Below, piece by piece: positions 29,303 to 39,212 of a stretch of DNA of 64,000 nt. The position numbers and the translations under genes are program-made. The first letter of the stretch is position 1; each line of letters begins with the position of its first letter. Source of the stretch: Bacteroidota bacterium (GTDB taxonomy: Bacteria; Bacteroidota; Bacteroidia; Chitinophagales; Chitinophagaceae); NCBI GenBank assembly GCA_029560415.1, contig JAKQKY010000494.1:24-64023 (forward strand), read 5' to 3'. The notes below the pieces were generated by a model. That model worked only from the letters and a program-made list of their open reading frames with translations. It did no database searches and was not told where the DNA came from.

Positions 29303-30184
29303 TTGGCAGAAGGTTCACAGAGAAAATCTTTTTTTAACCGCATCCGCACCGGGAAGGAATCTGTACAGTCGGAAATGAGTTTTATCGATCACCTGGAAGC
29401 ACTCAGGTGGCACCTGGTAAGAGCCGTAATTGTATGGCTGGTAGCTGCCATCGCCATATTTATAAACATCGATTGGATCTTTGATAACATCATTTATGCT
29501 CCTGCCCGATCTACTTTCATCACATATAGCACGCTCTGCGACATCGGCCATAAACTGCACCTGGGGCAGGCACTTTGCATGCCGCCGGTAAATATCCCTT
29601 TGCAGGGAAATACCATCAGCGGACCGTTCATGTCGGCATTATCTATTTCCATGATCGGGGCCATCATCATTGCATTTCCTTACCTGTTCTGGGAATTATG
29701 GAAATTCATCAAACCGGCTCTTTCCCCAAAAGAGATCAGATATTCCAGGGGAAGTATTTTCTGGGTATCGATCTGTTTCTTCACCGGCGCTGCTTTCGGG
29801 TATTTTTTGTTGGCTCCTTTCACTTTTAATTTCCTCGCCAATTTTACGCTCGGCACGATCGGCGCTTATAAATACATGCCAACCTTAGATGATTATATAG
29901 ATACCCTGAACCAGATCATCCTTGGCTGTGGCATTGCATTTGAACTTCCTGTGTTGGCCTATGTGCTGGCTAAGATCGGCATCATTTCAGCTTCCTTTTT
30001 AAAGAAGTACCGCAAATATGCATTTGTAATTATTCTGATACTCGCCGCCGTTATAACTCCTTCTCCCGATTGGACCAGCCAGGTGATCGTAGCCATTCCT
30101 CTTTTAGGACTTTACGAGATCAGTGTAATGATCGCAGCAAGGGTAGACAAACAGAAAGCCAAGGCTGAAAAAGAATGGAGTTAA
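29303..30184 (+). CDS. tatC: Twin-arginine translocase subunit TatC
   Basis: MSFIDHLEALR, WKFIKPAL, FELP and AAVITPSPD motifs. TTG start. Confidence 0.96.
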   Translation: MAEGSQRKSFFNRIRTGKESVQSEMSFIDHLEALRWHLVRAVIVWLVAAIAIFINIDWIFDNIIYAPARSTFITYSTLCDIGHKLHLGQALCMPPVNIPLQGNTISGPFMSALSISMIGAIIIAFPYLFWELWKFIKPALSPKEIRYSRGSIFWVSICFFTGAAFGYFLLAPFTFNFLANFTLGTIGAYKYMPTLDDYIDTLNQIILGCGIAFELPVLAYVLAKIGIISASFLKKYRKYAFVIILILAAVITPSPDWTSQVIVAIPLLGLYEISVMIAARVDKQKAKAEKEWS

Positions 30185-30303
30185 GCAATGAATCAATTCA
30201 TACAGAATCCGGCAGGCTGGCAGATATTGTTTAATTTTATGCTGTAGATACATAAGCATGTATCGGTAGTAATTTTTTGTTAACCAATCATCAATTTATT
30301 TTC

Positions 30304-30756
30304 ATGTATACATTTGATCTGAATAAACCCATCGCCATTGGATGTGACCATGCAGGGTTCGATTGCAAAGAAGATCTTATTTCTTTCCTGGAAGGTGAAG
30401 GAATGAAATACAAAGATTATGGTACCTATAATAAAGACTCTGTTGATTATCCCGATTTTGCCCACCCCGTAGCCTTATCAGTTGAAAGTGGTGAATCTGC
30501 TTTCGGCATTCTATTGTGCGGCAGCGCAAATGGAGTTGCCATCACAGCCAATAAACACGCCGGAATCAGGGCCGCCATTTGCTGGGGCGAAGAATTAGCC
30601 GAACTGGCCCGTAAACACAACAACGCAAATATCATTTGCATACCGGCCAGGTTTGTAAGAGATGGTGATGCGGAAAAAATGCTGGATGTATTCATGAACA
30701 CAGCTTTTGAAGGCGGACGCCACAGCAACCGGGTTGCCAAAATAGCCGTTTCCTAA
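30304..30756 (+). CDS. rpiB: Ribose 5-phosphate isomerase B
   Basis: IGCDHAG, SVDYPD, CGSANG, ARKHNNAN and FEGGRH. Confidence 0.95.
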   Translation: MYTFDLNKPIAIGCDHAGFDCKEDLISFLEGEGMKYKDYGTYNKDSVDYPDFAHPVALSVESGESAFGILLCGSANGVAITANKHAGIRAAICWGEELAELARKHNNANIICIPARFVRDGDAEKMLDVFMNTAFEGGRHSNRVAKIAVS

Positions 30757-30914
30757 CGATACTGGTTACCTGCATGTTTACATAAGTGCAGCGATAGTGA
30801 ATGAAACACTGTGATTTGCCCATCGGATTGATGACGCAAGCGAATACCACTTATCCAAAAAGATAAGCATCCCGGTACAAATTATTTATTTTACAGGAAC
30901 ATAATTTAAGGCAG

Positions 30915-32495
30915 ATGAAAAAAATAAGTTTATTGATTACTATGTTTTGCCTGGTGCTGGCTGGTATGGCGCAAAAAGATGCATCCCCCAGGTTTGCAGA
31001 TCTTATCACCAGTGAATCATTAAAAAAACATTTGACCATCATTGCCGGCGAAGAAATGGAAGGCAGGGAAACGGGCACAGAAGGTCAGCGTAAAGCAGCC
31101 GCTTACATAGAAGCACAGTTTAAACAAATGGGCCTTAAAACTGCTGCAGGAATTACCGGTTACCAACAGTTTTACCCTTTGTACCAGGATAGCCTGTTGA
31201 GCAGCAGCTTAAACATCGGATCTGCTGGGGCACAATATGGAGTTGACTATATCTGCCCGGCCATGAATAATGAAAACGGAACATTCGAATCCAATAAAAT
31301 TGTTTTTGCAGGATATGGAATTGATGACGTGAACTATACTGATTATGTTTCGCTGGATGTAAAAGGAAAACTGGTGCTGATGTTTTTAGGAGAACCAAAG
31401 AAAGACGGCATCTACCTGGTAACGGGAACGAATAAAAGCAGCGATTGGACTTCACCCGGACTTTCTAAAAAGCTTGCCACGGCAGCGTCCTATGGTGCTG
31501 CAGGTGTGTTGCTGATCAATCCTTCACAGGAGAGTTTTAATCAACGCACGATCGACAACAGTAAAAAAACATCGGTTTACTTCCCAAGGATCAAAGCCAA
31601 TGAAACCGTAAGCAATGCATTATTGAGCCACGCATTTGCTAAAAAAATCATTGGTGATATGGCAGACAGCCTTATCCGGCTTGCCAGGAAAAGTGAACCC
31701 ATCGATAGAAATATGCTGAAAGAGATCAGCATCAACAGCTCATTCAATTATACCAAGAGCAGGAACATCATCAATGCAAGCAATGTCATTGGGATTATTG
31801 AAGGCAGTGACAAAAAAGATGAATACGTATTTCTCACCGCCCATTACGATCACCTTGGAAAACGCGATGGAAAGATCTACTATGGCGCCGATGATGACGG
31901 TAGTGGTACGGTTGCTGTAATGCAGATGGCCGAGGCATTTGTGAAAGCCAAAGCTGCCGGCAAAGGCCCCAGGAGAACGATGGTATTCATGACCGTTAGT
32001 GGAGAAGAAAAAGGACTTTGGGGAAGCGAATATTACAGCGACCATCCTATTTATCCACTCGAAAAAACATCTGTTGACCTAAATACCGATATGATCGGGC
32101 GCATTGATACAGAAAGAAAAAAAGATGATACCCTCAATTATATTTATGTGGTGGGACATGATAAACTCAGCAGCGAACTTCCCCTTATCAATGAAGCGAT
32201 GAATAATAAATATACCCAGCTTGTATTTGATTATAAGTTTGATGATCCCGAAGACCCCAATCGCATTTACTATCGCAGTGATCATTATAATTTTGCAAGG
32301 AAGGGTGTTCCGGTATTGTTCTTTTATGATGGGATGCTTAAATCTGATTATCATAAACCAACTGATACGGTTGATAAGATCAACTGGAGTTTGTTTGAAA
32401 AGAGGGCCCGAATGATCTTTCACACCGCTTGGGAAATTGCCAACCGGGATGAAATGCTCAAACGCGACCTGGCCATACCAACAGGGCGCAGATAA
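30915..32495 (+). CDS. M28 family peptidase with PA domain
   Basis: Signal peptide, AHYDHLG, GADDDGSG, GEEKGLWGS, RSDH and YHKPTD. Confidence 0.93.
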   Translation: MKKISLLITMFCLVLAGMAQKDASPRFADLITSESLKKHLTIIAGEEMEGRETGTEGQRKAAAYIEAQFKQMGLKTAAGITGYQQFYPLYQDSLLSSSLNIGSAGAQYGVDYICPAMNNENGTFESNKIVFAGYGIDDVNYTDYVSLDVKGKLVLMFLGEPKKDGIYLVTGTNKSSDWTSPGLSKKLATAASYGAAGVLLINPSQESFNQRTIDNSKKTSVYFPRIKANETVSNALLSHAFAKKIIGDMADSLIRLARKSEPIDRNMLKEISINSSFNYTKSRNIINASNVIGIIEGSDKKDEYVFLTAHYDHLGKRDGKIYYGADDDGSGTVAVMQMAEAFVKAKAAGKGPRRTMVFMTVSGEEKGLWGSEYYSDHPIYPLEKTSVDLNTDMIGRIDTERKKDDTLNYIYVVGHDKLSSELPLINEAMNNKYTQLVFDYKFDDPEDPNRIYYRSDHYNFARKGVPVLFFYDGMLKSDYHKPTDTVDKINWSLFEKRARMIFHTAWEIANRDEMLKRDLAIPTGRR

Positions 32496-32560
32496 AATAT
32501 AATGTATTGTGCTAAAAGAAATTATTAGCTCGATTAAAATAGTTAAAACCAACTGCACAT

Positions 32561-32642
32561 CGTCATTGCGAGGCACGAAGCAATCTTTCGCTATGATGAA
32601 ATTGATCCAAATACAAAGATTGCTTCGTTCCTCGCAATGACG
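32561..32642. repeat. CGTC-type palindromic (REP-like) element
   Basis: 28-bp arms CGTCATTGCGAGGCACGAAGCAATCTTT and AAAGATTGCTTCGTTCCTCGCAATGACG with 1 mismatch and a 26-nt spacer. Confidence 0.85.
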
Positions 32643-32660
32643 CGAAAAAAATTTATTTAT

Positions 32661-32694
32661 AAAAAAAGTCCTTTGCATGATACAAAGGACTTTT
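32661..32694. terminator. Bidirectional intrinsic terminator
   Basis: AAAAGTCCTTTG-7nt-CAAAGGACTTTT between convergent genes. Confidence 0.8.
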
Positions 32695-32715
32695 AAATAT
32701 ACATTTCGAATCTGC

Positions 32716-33690
32716 TTACCAGCCAAGCACCCAGGCAAAAATCAGGGGAACAACAATGGTGGCGTCACTTTCAACTATAAATTTAGGGGTATGAATATCA
32801 AGCTTTCCCCAGGTAATTTTTTCATTGGGTACAGCACCGGAATAAGATCCATATGAAGTAGTGGAATCGCTCACCTGGCAGAAATAGCTCCAGAATGGAA
32901 CATCATGCCACTCTAGATCCTGGTACATCATCGGCACCACGCAGATGGGAAAATCTCCTGCAATGCCTCCGCCGATCTGGAAGAAACCCACTCCTTTTCC
33001 TGCAGAATGATTGCGGTACCAATCGGCCAGCCAAACCATATATTCAATCCCACTCTTCATGGTTACTGCCTTAAGCTCATTTTTGATCACATAAGATGCG
33101 AAGATGTTGCCCATGGTACTGTCTTCCCAACCTGGTACAACGATTGGTATATTTTTCTGCGCAGCAGCAAGCATCCAGCTATTCTTCGGATCTATTTCAT
33201 AATACTGCTCCAATACACCACTCAATAACATTTTATACATGTACTCATGTGGGAAGTAACGTTCACCTTTATCATCCGCATCTTTCCATATCTGGTGAAT
33301 GTGTTTTTGTAATCTTCTAAAAGCTTCTTCTTCGGGTATGCAGGTATCGGTAACCCTGTTGTAATGGTTTTCGAGGAGGTCCCATTCATCCTGTGGACTT
33401 AAATCGCGGTAATTAGGTACTCTCTTATAATGGCTATGGGCCACGAGGTTCATGATGTCTTCTTCGAGGTTGGCACCGGTGCAACTGATGATGGCCACTT
33501 TATCCTGGCGAATCATTTCTGCAAAACTCAACCCCAATTCTGCGGTACTCATGGCGCCCGCCAAAGTAACCATCATCTTACCACCTTCGAGTAAATGCGT
33601 TTCATAGCCTTTGGCTGCATCCATCAAAGCCGCCGCATTAAAATGTCGGTAATGATGCTGAATATATTCCGATACCGGTCCTTTTTTCAT
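32716..33690 (-). CDS. Deoxyhypusine synthase family protein (probable homospermidine synthesis)
   Basis: TGANLEED, IGGG, GSYSGA and EKITWGK with the catalytic Lys. Start at ATG 33690. Confidence 0.9.
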   Translation of the reverse strand: MKKGPVSEYIQHHYRHFNAAALMDAAKGYETHLLEGGKMMVTLAGAMSTAELGLSFAEMIRQDKVAIISCTGANLEEDIMNLVAHSHYKRVPNYRDLSPQDEWDLLENHYNRVTDTCIPEEEAFRRLQKHIHQIWKDADDKGERYFPHEYMYKMLLSGVLEQYYEIDPKNSWMLAAAQKNIPIVVPGWEDSTMGNIFASYVIKNELKAVTMKSGIEYMVWLADWYRNHSAGKGVGFFQIGGGIAGDFPICVVPMMYQDLEWHDVPFWSYFCQVSDSTTSYGSYSGAVPNEKITWGKLDIHTPKFIVESDATIVVPLIFAWVLGW

Positions 33691-33766
33691 TGTTTCTTTT
33701 TTAAGTAGAGTGCAAAAGTACATTTTTGCAGCCATCTGTTACCAGTGGTTTTGAAAATTAATCAAT

Positions 33767-33802
33767 AAAAAAAGGGTACAAAACCTGTTGATTCTGTACC
33801 CT
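33767..33802 (-). terminator. Probable intrinsic terminator
   Basis: AGGGTACA/TGTACCCT stem with a T-run on the minus strand, downstream of the 33823 gene. Confidence 0.6.
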
Positions 33803-33822
33803 ATACTCATTGGTTTTACAGG

Positions 33823-34275
33823 CTATATTTTTAAGCGTGCCTTTTTTTCTTCCGTTATCTGTCCATTTGCATCACATCTTAATTTAATGATAGACGATTT
33901 GCCCTCCACATTAATATAATAATTGGTTTCCCCGTTGAAAAGGATCTCCGATACGGTGGTGGCAATGCGATACCCTTTGTATTCATCCTTTACAGATTGA
34001 ACAACATGCAAGGGCACCTGTGTTAATGAAATGGTCCTGGACATACCCAGCATCTGGCCGTCTTCATCATAGGCAACGGTTACTACATGTTCACCCATTT
34101 CAAAATTGGCAAAATAAAATACATCTTTTTTCTCCCAGTTTACATGCAGTGCTGATGAGAAGTCTTTTACAAAAGCTTTTTTTACAGCTTCGTTTACCAA
34201 TACTCCGGGGTTGGCAAATGCACTGGTACCAGCGATCAGGGCCAGTGCGGCAAAAATGATTCTTAACTTTTTCAT
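33823..34275 (-). CDS. Exported small protein (BLIP/PepSY-like repeats)
   Basis: Signal peptide with AVKKAFVKDF..VNWEK and VPLHVVQSVKDEY segments typical of Bacteroidota PepSY-like proteins. Confidence 0.7.
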   Translation of the reverse strand: MKKLRIIFAALALIAGTSAFANPGVLVNEAVKKAFVKDFSSALHVNWEKKDVFYFANFEMGEHVVTVAYDEDGQMLGMSRTISLTQVPLHVVQSVKDEYKGYRIATTVSEILFNGETNYYINVEGKSSIIKLRCDANGQITEEKKARLKI

Positions 34276-34832
34276 GATATATACTTTTTGGTTTTTAATA
34301 AAACTGCCTGGCTAAAAGCAGCAATGAGAAACAAAAGTATATTGGTCTATCACTAATGTCAATTGGATTGTGACCGCTGTGGTTAAGGGAGGTTAATGAA
34401 CTATATAAGTGGTAATGGAATAAATGGATATTCATGCTGGATGACCTTCATTTATATTGTTCAACCGGAACTGGATTTTTTTCTTAATAAAAATCCAAAA
34501 AAGGTAATCGTTCTGTTAAAAGGTAAAAGTGGTACGAAGGCTTACGTAGATTTTGATTTATCCCTCAATTTTATCCTTGCTTACCGCTCCTGTGAGACCA
34601 CCATGTGACCATACTTGATTATCCAGGATTAAAAAAGCACAGAAATCTTTGCATTTAAATACAACAAGATTAGCCTGATTTCCATTCATCCGCCCCTATT
34701 TCCATTCATACAATTGGCAAAATTTCCAACTTCAAAAATGTCATTTCGCTTAAATTCAATGCTATTAAGGGTTTCAGGCGGCAAAGGCACTAATAAATAC
34801 TGCCAATTACCAAAGATTACTTAGTATTATGT

Positions 34833-34863
34833 TTTGCATAGTACTAATTAGAATATATCTTTG
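34833..34863 (+). promoter_or_regulatory. Bacteroidota housekeeping promoter (-33/-7)
   Basis: TTTG (34833-34836), 19-nt spacer, TATCTTTG (34856-34863), upstream of the 60-aa ORF. Confidence 0.75.
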
Positions 34864-34927
34864 TTTTATCAAAGTAAGGAAATCAACAAAAAACTTACGA
34901 ATCACTTAAAACATTAAAATAAAGATC

Positions 34928-35110
34928 ATGAAAACGCAATCAAACACTTTACTTGCAGAATTAAGTAAAACACAGGTAGAAAATCTGACCAACCAGGTAA
35001 AGGAAACCCTTGCCATCGGTTATAACGCAGGTGCCAAAACTTTCAGCTCTGCTGATCTTTGGAACATACAGAAACAACGCAGGACCTTTTTGAGCAGGAG
35101 AAGTTTCTAA
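34928..35110 (+). CDS. Small hypothetical protein (60 aa)
   Basis: Has its own promoter, an A-rich translation-initiation region and a downstream hairpin. Confidence 0.75.
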   Translation: MKTQSNTLLAELSKTQVENLTNQVKETLAIGYNAGAKTFSSADLWNIQKQRRTFLSRRSF

Positions 35111-35184
35111 AAAGGAATGGCCATTCCAGGAAGTTGAGAAAAAAGACATTGTGAATAGATTTTTTATGGAATGCCATTCCCTTC

Positions 35185-35216
35185 AAAAAAAAACCGCTGC
35201 CTATTGGCAACGGTTT
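35185..35216. terminator. Intrinsic terminator between convergent genes
   Basis: A9-CCGCTGCC-TATT-GGCAACGG-TTT, giving a T9 tail on the minus strand. Confidence 0.8.
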
Positions 35217-35236
35217 AAGAAGATGGAGGCTGATTC

Positions 35237-37399
35237 TTAGCGAACCAGTTTCAGTTCATCAATAATATTTTTTGCTCCGCCGAGTTTATCTACGCACCAG
35301 AGCACATAGCGAACATCTACACAAATGGTACGATTGAGGTCCTTATCAAAAGCGATCTTATGACTCAGGGCTTCGTAGTTACCATCGAATGCAAGGCCGA
35401 TCAGGTTTCCGTTTCCATCAATTACAGGACTTCCGCTATTTCCACCGGTGATGTCGTTGGTAGTGATAAATCCAACAACGAGATCGTTCCTGCTCTTATC
35501 AATGTACTGACCGAAATCTTTTTTCTTCAGTAATTCAACCTGTTTGGTAGGCAGGTCAAATTCATAATCTCCTGCAACATATTTTTCCAGGATTCCTTTG
35601 CTGGTGGTTACATAATCATAATGTACCGCATCGCGTGGATTATAGCTTTTTACATTTCCAAAACTCACCCTCATGCTGAAGTTGGCATCGGGATACATTT
35701 TTTTCACTGCTTCAGGATTCATTTCCATGATACCTTTCAGATAACTTCGACCCAGTTCATTGTTCTTAGTATTGAACGTCGTGAAAAAGGGAGCATACTT
35801 GGTATTATAGTTTTTTACAAAACTGGACGCAAAATCAAAAGCCGGATCGGCCTGTAATACGGTTGCATCGGGGGCTGCAATGAATGCCGCCCATTTAGCA
35901 TCATCAAAGATCATGGTTTTGGCAAATACATCCGCAGCCCATTTTTTATAGGTTGCATCATCTTTCAGGTCGCCGAAAGTGCCTTTTAATTTTTCATAAA
36001 AGCCAATCGGGTGCTGGCTTTTATCAATGTCATTGTAGAAAGCCATGGCTACCGCTGCAAGTATTTTTTCATCACTCGGTTTGTCTTCCGATTCCATGAA
36101 TTGTTTCCTGGCTGCATCAGCAGCATCCGCAGCTTTTTTAATATCCGCACTAGTGGCGCCGGTTTTTACAATAGCTGCTTCCAATCCCATTAAAGAAGAA
36201 GCATAGGCAGAAAGTGGTGAACCAAGGATGCCTTCCCGAAGGTATACACGGTGTTTGCTATAAGGAGTCCAGTCGGCATAATTCTTCGCATAATCAGCAA
36301 AGATGTTCTGGTACTCAGGTTTACCCTGTGCCCACTTGGTGAACTTTTCTTCGTACTGTTGTTTTTGTCCATACGTATTAAACTTGATCAACTGTTTTGT
36401 TTCGCCATCGAAGAACTTCCAGTAGTTGGCGATACCGGCATAATCAGAAGCCAGCTTCAGCTTCACAGCCGGATCTTTGATCATCTGCTCGTGCATATTT
36501 TTCAAACGCATATCCCTTAATCCAACAAGAGAAGGATTTTCAATTTCGTTTTTCAGTTTGATACCATAGCTGGTTTCATAACGGTTGGTACCACCTGGGT
36601 AACCATAGATCATGGCATAATCACCATCTTTAATTCCTTTGATGCTTACCGGCAGGAAATGTTTTGGCTTCAAAGGCACATTCTCTTTGCTGTATTCTGC
36701 TGGCTTACCATCTTTGGTTCCATATACCCTGAAAATTGAAAAGTCACCAGTATGACGTGGCCATTCCCAGTTATCAGTATCTCCACCAAACTTTCCAACG
36801 CTTTCTGGTGGTGCACCTACCAGGCGAACATCGCGATAGGTTTTGTATACATACATCAGGTACTGGTTGTCTTTGAACATGCTGTAGATCCTTCCGGCGA
36901 GGCCATTTTCTTTATCAAGTACTTTATCAGTAATGCCTTTGTATACTTCCTGGATCTTCTTAACCCTGTCTGCCCAGGCAAGTCCTTTCAATCCTTCTTC
37001 CACTTCTTTGGTAACATCAACGATCCTGTCGAGAAACTGAACCGTAAGCTGGCTTTTGATCTCCTGGTCTTTGTTGTATGCATAAAAACCATCCCGCAGA
37101 TAATTATGTTCAACACTGCTGGCCCCTGCAATGGCGCCATACCCGCAATGGTGATTGGTAAAAATCAATCCCTGGTTGCTCACTATCTCACCCGTGCAAC
37201 CGCCGCCAAAAATTAAAATGGCGTCTTTCAGGGATGCTTTATTGATCGAATACAATTGTTCTTTGGTAAGTTTCAATCCTTTTTTTACCATATCATTGTA
37301 CACCTGCTGACCCAGGAGCATGGGCAGCCACATACCTTCGTCGGCACTGGCTTTGAATATGCTTGCCATCAAAACAAGCGATAAAAAGATCTTCTTCAT
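35237..37399 (-). CDS. S46 family dipeptidyl peptidase (DPP7-like)
   Basis: DEGMW, TNHHC, DNWEWPRHTGD and catalytic TGGNSGSPV. FDGN has Gly at the S1 position, as in DPP7. Confidence 0.95.
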   Translation of the reverse strand: MKKIFLSLVLMASIFKASADEGMWLPMLLGQQVYNDMVKKGLKLTKEQLYSINKASLKDAILIFGGGCTGEIVSNQGLIFTNHHCGYGAIAGASSVEHNYLRDGFYAYNKDQEIKSQLTVQFLDRIVDVTKEVEEGLKGLAWADRVKKIQEVYKGITDKVLDKENGLAGRIYSMFKDNQYLMYVYKTYRDVRLVGAPPESVGKFGGDTDNWEWPRHTGDFSIFRVYGTKDGKPAEYSKENVPLKPKHFLPVSIKGIKDGDYAMIYGYPGGTNRYETSYGIKLKNEIENPSLVGLRDMRLKNMHEQMIKDPAVKLKLASDYAGIANYWKFFDGETKQLIKFNTYGQKQQYEEKFTKWAQGKPEYQNIFADYAKNYADWTPYSKHRVYLREGILGSPLSAYASSLMGLEAAIVKTGATSADIKKAADAADAARKQFMESEDKPSDEKILAAVAMAFYNDIDKSQHPIGFYEKLKGTFGDLKDDATYKKWAADVFAKTMIFDDAKWAAFIAAPDATVLQADPAFDFASSFVKNYNTKYAPFFTTFNTKNNELGRSYLKGIMEMNPEAVKKMYPDANFSMRVSFGNVKSYNPRDAVHYDYVTTSKGILEKYVAGDYEFDLPTKQVELLKKKDFGQYIDKSRNDLVVGFITTNDITGGNSGSPVIDGNGNLIGLAFDGNYEALSHKIAFDKDLNRTICVDVRYVLWCVDKLGGAKNIIDELKLVR

Positions 37400-37644
37400 A
37401 TATATCATTTTTTAGACGACAAACGTAGCCAATTTTTGTGATTTAACAGGGAGCCGGGTTAACATTTTAGCAAAGCGCTTCCGGTAAATCATCATTAACC
37501 GGGCAGACCAATGACTTTCGATACAATATGCTATCTTTCAGAGAATCGTTCATTTTTTGATTGCCGGTAACCTTTTGTGATTTTTGGTTATGGAATAGCA
37601 AATCAATAAATTATATTTGTTCTCTTTTCACAACAACCCGATTA

Positions 37645-39180
37645 ATGGCCATTTTCGATATTCAGCTTCCAAAGTCTCTTGCAAGGGCATTAAACCTGCC
37701 TGTCAGCGATCCAAGGAGACAGCAGTTAAAAGTGCTGAAGAAGTTATTGCGCAAGGCCCGTTTTACACAGTTTGGACAGAAATATAAGTTTGATGAGATC
37801 CTGCTCAGCCGGCATCCCGGTAAAAAATTCCAGCAGCTGGTTCCAACGTATAATTATAGCAAGCTCTACCAGGATTGGTGGTATAAGACCCTGGAAGGCA
37901 CGCCTGATGTGTGCTGGCCGGGCGTAATCAAGTATTTCGCCCTGAGCAGCGGCACCAGTGAAGCCGCCAGTAAATACATTCCCGTTACCAAAGAACTGAT
38001 CCGCAGCAATACGGTTACCAGTTTTAAACAACTGCTCAGCCTTACCCGGTACGACAATGTTCCCAAAAGCTCCATCGGCAAAGGATGGTTGATGCTGGGT
38101 GGCAGTACACAATTGCAGAAAGGGCCTACTTATTTTGCCGGTGACCTGAGTGGTATTCAACAAAAGAATATTCCATTTTGGTTTTTAGGTTTGGGATTAT
38201 ATAAACCCGGTAAAAAAATTGCCCGTGAAAAAGACTGGGCAAAGAAACTGGAAGAAGTGGTTGAAAATGCTCCTAATTGGGACATCGGCTTTATCGTGGG
38301 CGTTCCCGCCTGGTTGCAATTATGCATTGAAAAGATCATTGAGCGGTATAACCTTAAGAATATTCACGAGATATGGCCCAACCTTGCATTTTATGTGCAT
38401 GGTGGCGTGGCATTGGAACCTTATAAAAAAGGATTTGAAAAATTGCTGGGCAAGCCGCTCACGTATATTGAGACCTACCTGGCCAGTGAAGGATTTCTTG
38501 CTTACCAGAGCCGCCAGGATACCAAGGGTATGCAACTGGCCCTCAACAACAATATCTTTTTTGAATTTGTGCCTTTCGATGACAACAATTTTGATACCGA
38601 TGGCAATATGATAGATGATCCTGAAGTGTACATGATTCATGAGATCGAAGAAGACAAGGATTATTCCATTCTGATCAGTACCAATGCAGGAGCCTGGCGA
38701 TATGCAATCGGCGACACGGTGCGTTTGATAGATAAAGACCGGAACGAGATCATCATCACCGGCCGCACCAAACATTTCCTGAGCCTGGTGGGCGAACATT
38801 TGAGCGTAGACAACATGAACAAAGCCATTGAAATGGCCAGTGAAGAATTAAATATTTCGATCCCTGAATTTACTGTGGCAGGTATACCGCATGGAAACTT
38901 CTTTGCTCACAAATGGTATATTGCCACCGACGATCATGTGCAGGCTACAGAGCTGGCTACCTTGCTCGACAATAAATTAAAAATGCTCAATGACGATTAT
39001 GAAGTAGAACGCAAGCATGCGCTCAAGGCTGTAGAGGTGGAAGTGTTGCCCGAACAGATTTTTATGAATTTCATGAATGCAAAAGGAAAGGTTGGTGGCC
39101 AGCATAAATTTCCAAGGGTATTAAAGGGAAAGATGTTTGAAGACTGGAAACACTTCTTACAACTCGAGCAGATCAAATAA
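37645..39180 (+). CDS. GH3 auxin-responsive family protein (acyl-adenylate-forming)
   Basis: SSGTS, YLASEG and WRYAIGD motifs. Start at ATG 37645. Confidence 0.9.
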   Translation: MAIFDIQLPKSLARALNLPVSDPRRQQLKVLKKLLRKARFTQFGQKYKFDEILLSRHPGKKFQQLVPTYNYSKLYQDWWYKTLEGTPDVCWPGVIKYFALSSGTSEAASKYIPVTKELIRSNTVTSFKQLLSLTRYDNVPKSSIGKGWLMLGGSTQLQKGPTYFAGDLSGIQQKNIPFWFLGLGLYKPGKKIAREKDWAKKLEEVVENAPNWDIGFIVGVPAWLQLCIEKIIERYNLKNIHEIWPNLAFYVHGGVALEPYKKGFEKLLGKPLTYIETYLASEGFLAYQSRQDTKGMQLALNNNIFFEFVPFDDNNFDTDGNMIDDPEVYMIHEIEEDKDYSILISTNAGAWRYAIGDTVRLIDKDRNEIIITGRTKHFLSLVGEHLSVDNMNKAIEMASEELNISIPEFTVAGIPHGNFFAHKWYIATDDHVQATELATLLDNKLKMLNDDYEVERKHALKAVEVEVLPEQIFMNFMNAKGKVGGQHKFPRVLKGKMFEDWKHFLQLEQIK

Positions 39181-39212
39181 CAAGCCCATTTTTTTTATTG
39201 AAAATTTTTTGA

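Noticed and set aside
32079-32738. 219-aa minus-strand ORF containing RHCEERSNL/DCFVPRND
   Set aside because: A shadow ORF antisense to the M28 gene that reads through the palindromic repeat.
34396-34608. 70-aa ORF in the divergent spacer
   Set aside because: No recognisable motif, and it overlaps the likely regulatory region of the 33823 gene. It could be a remnant, but that is unsupported.
35114-35180. GGA..TCC dyads as Bacteroidota SOS boxes (GGA-N5-TCC)
   Set aside because: The spacers are 8 and 7 nt, and the sites lie downstream of genes rather than in promoters.
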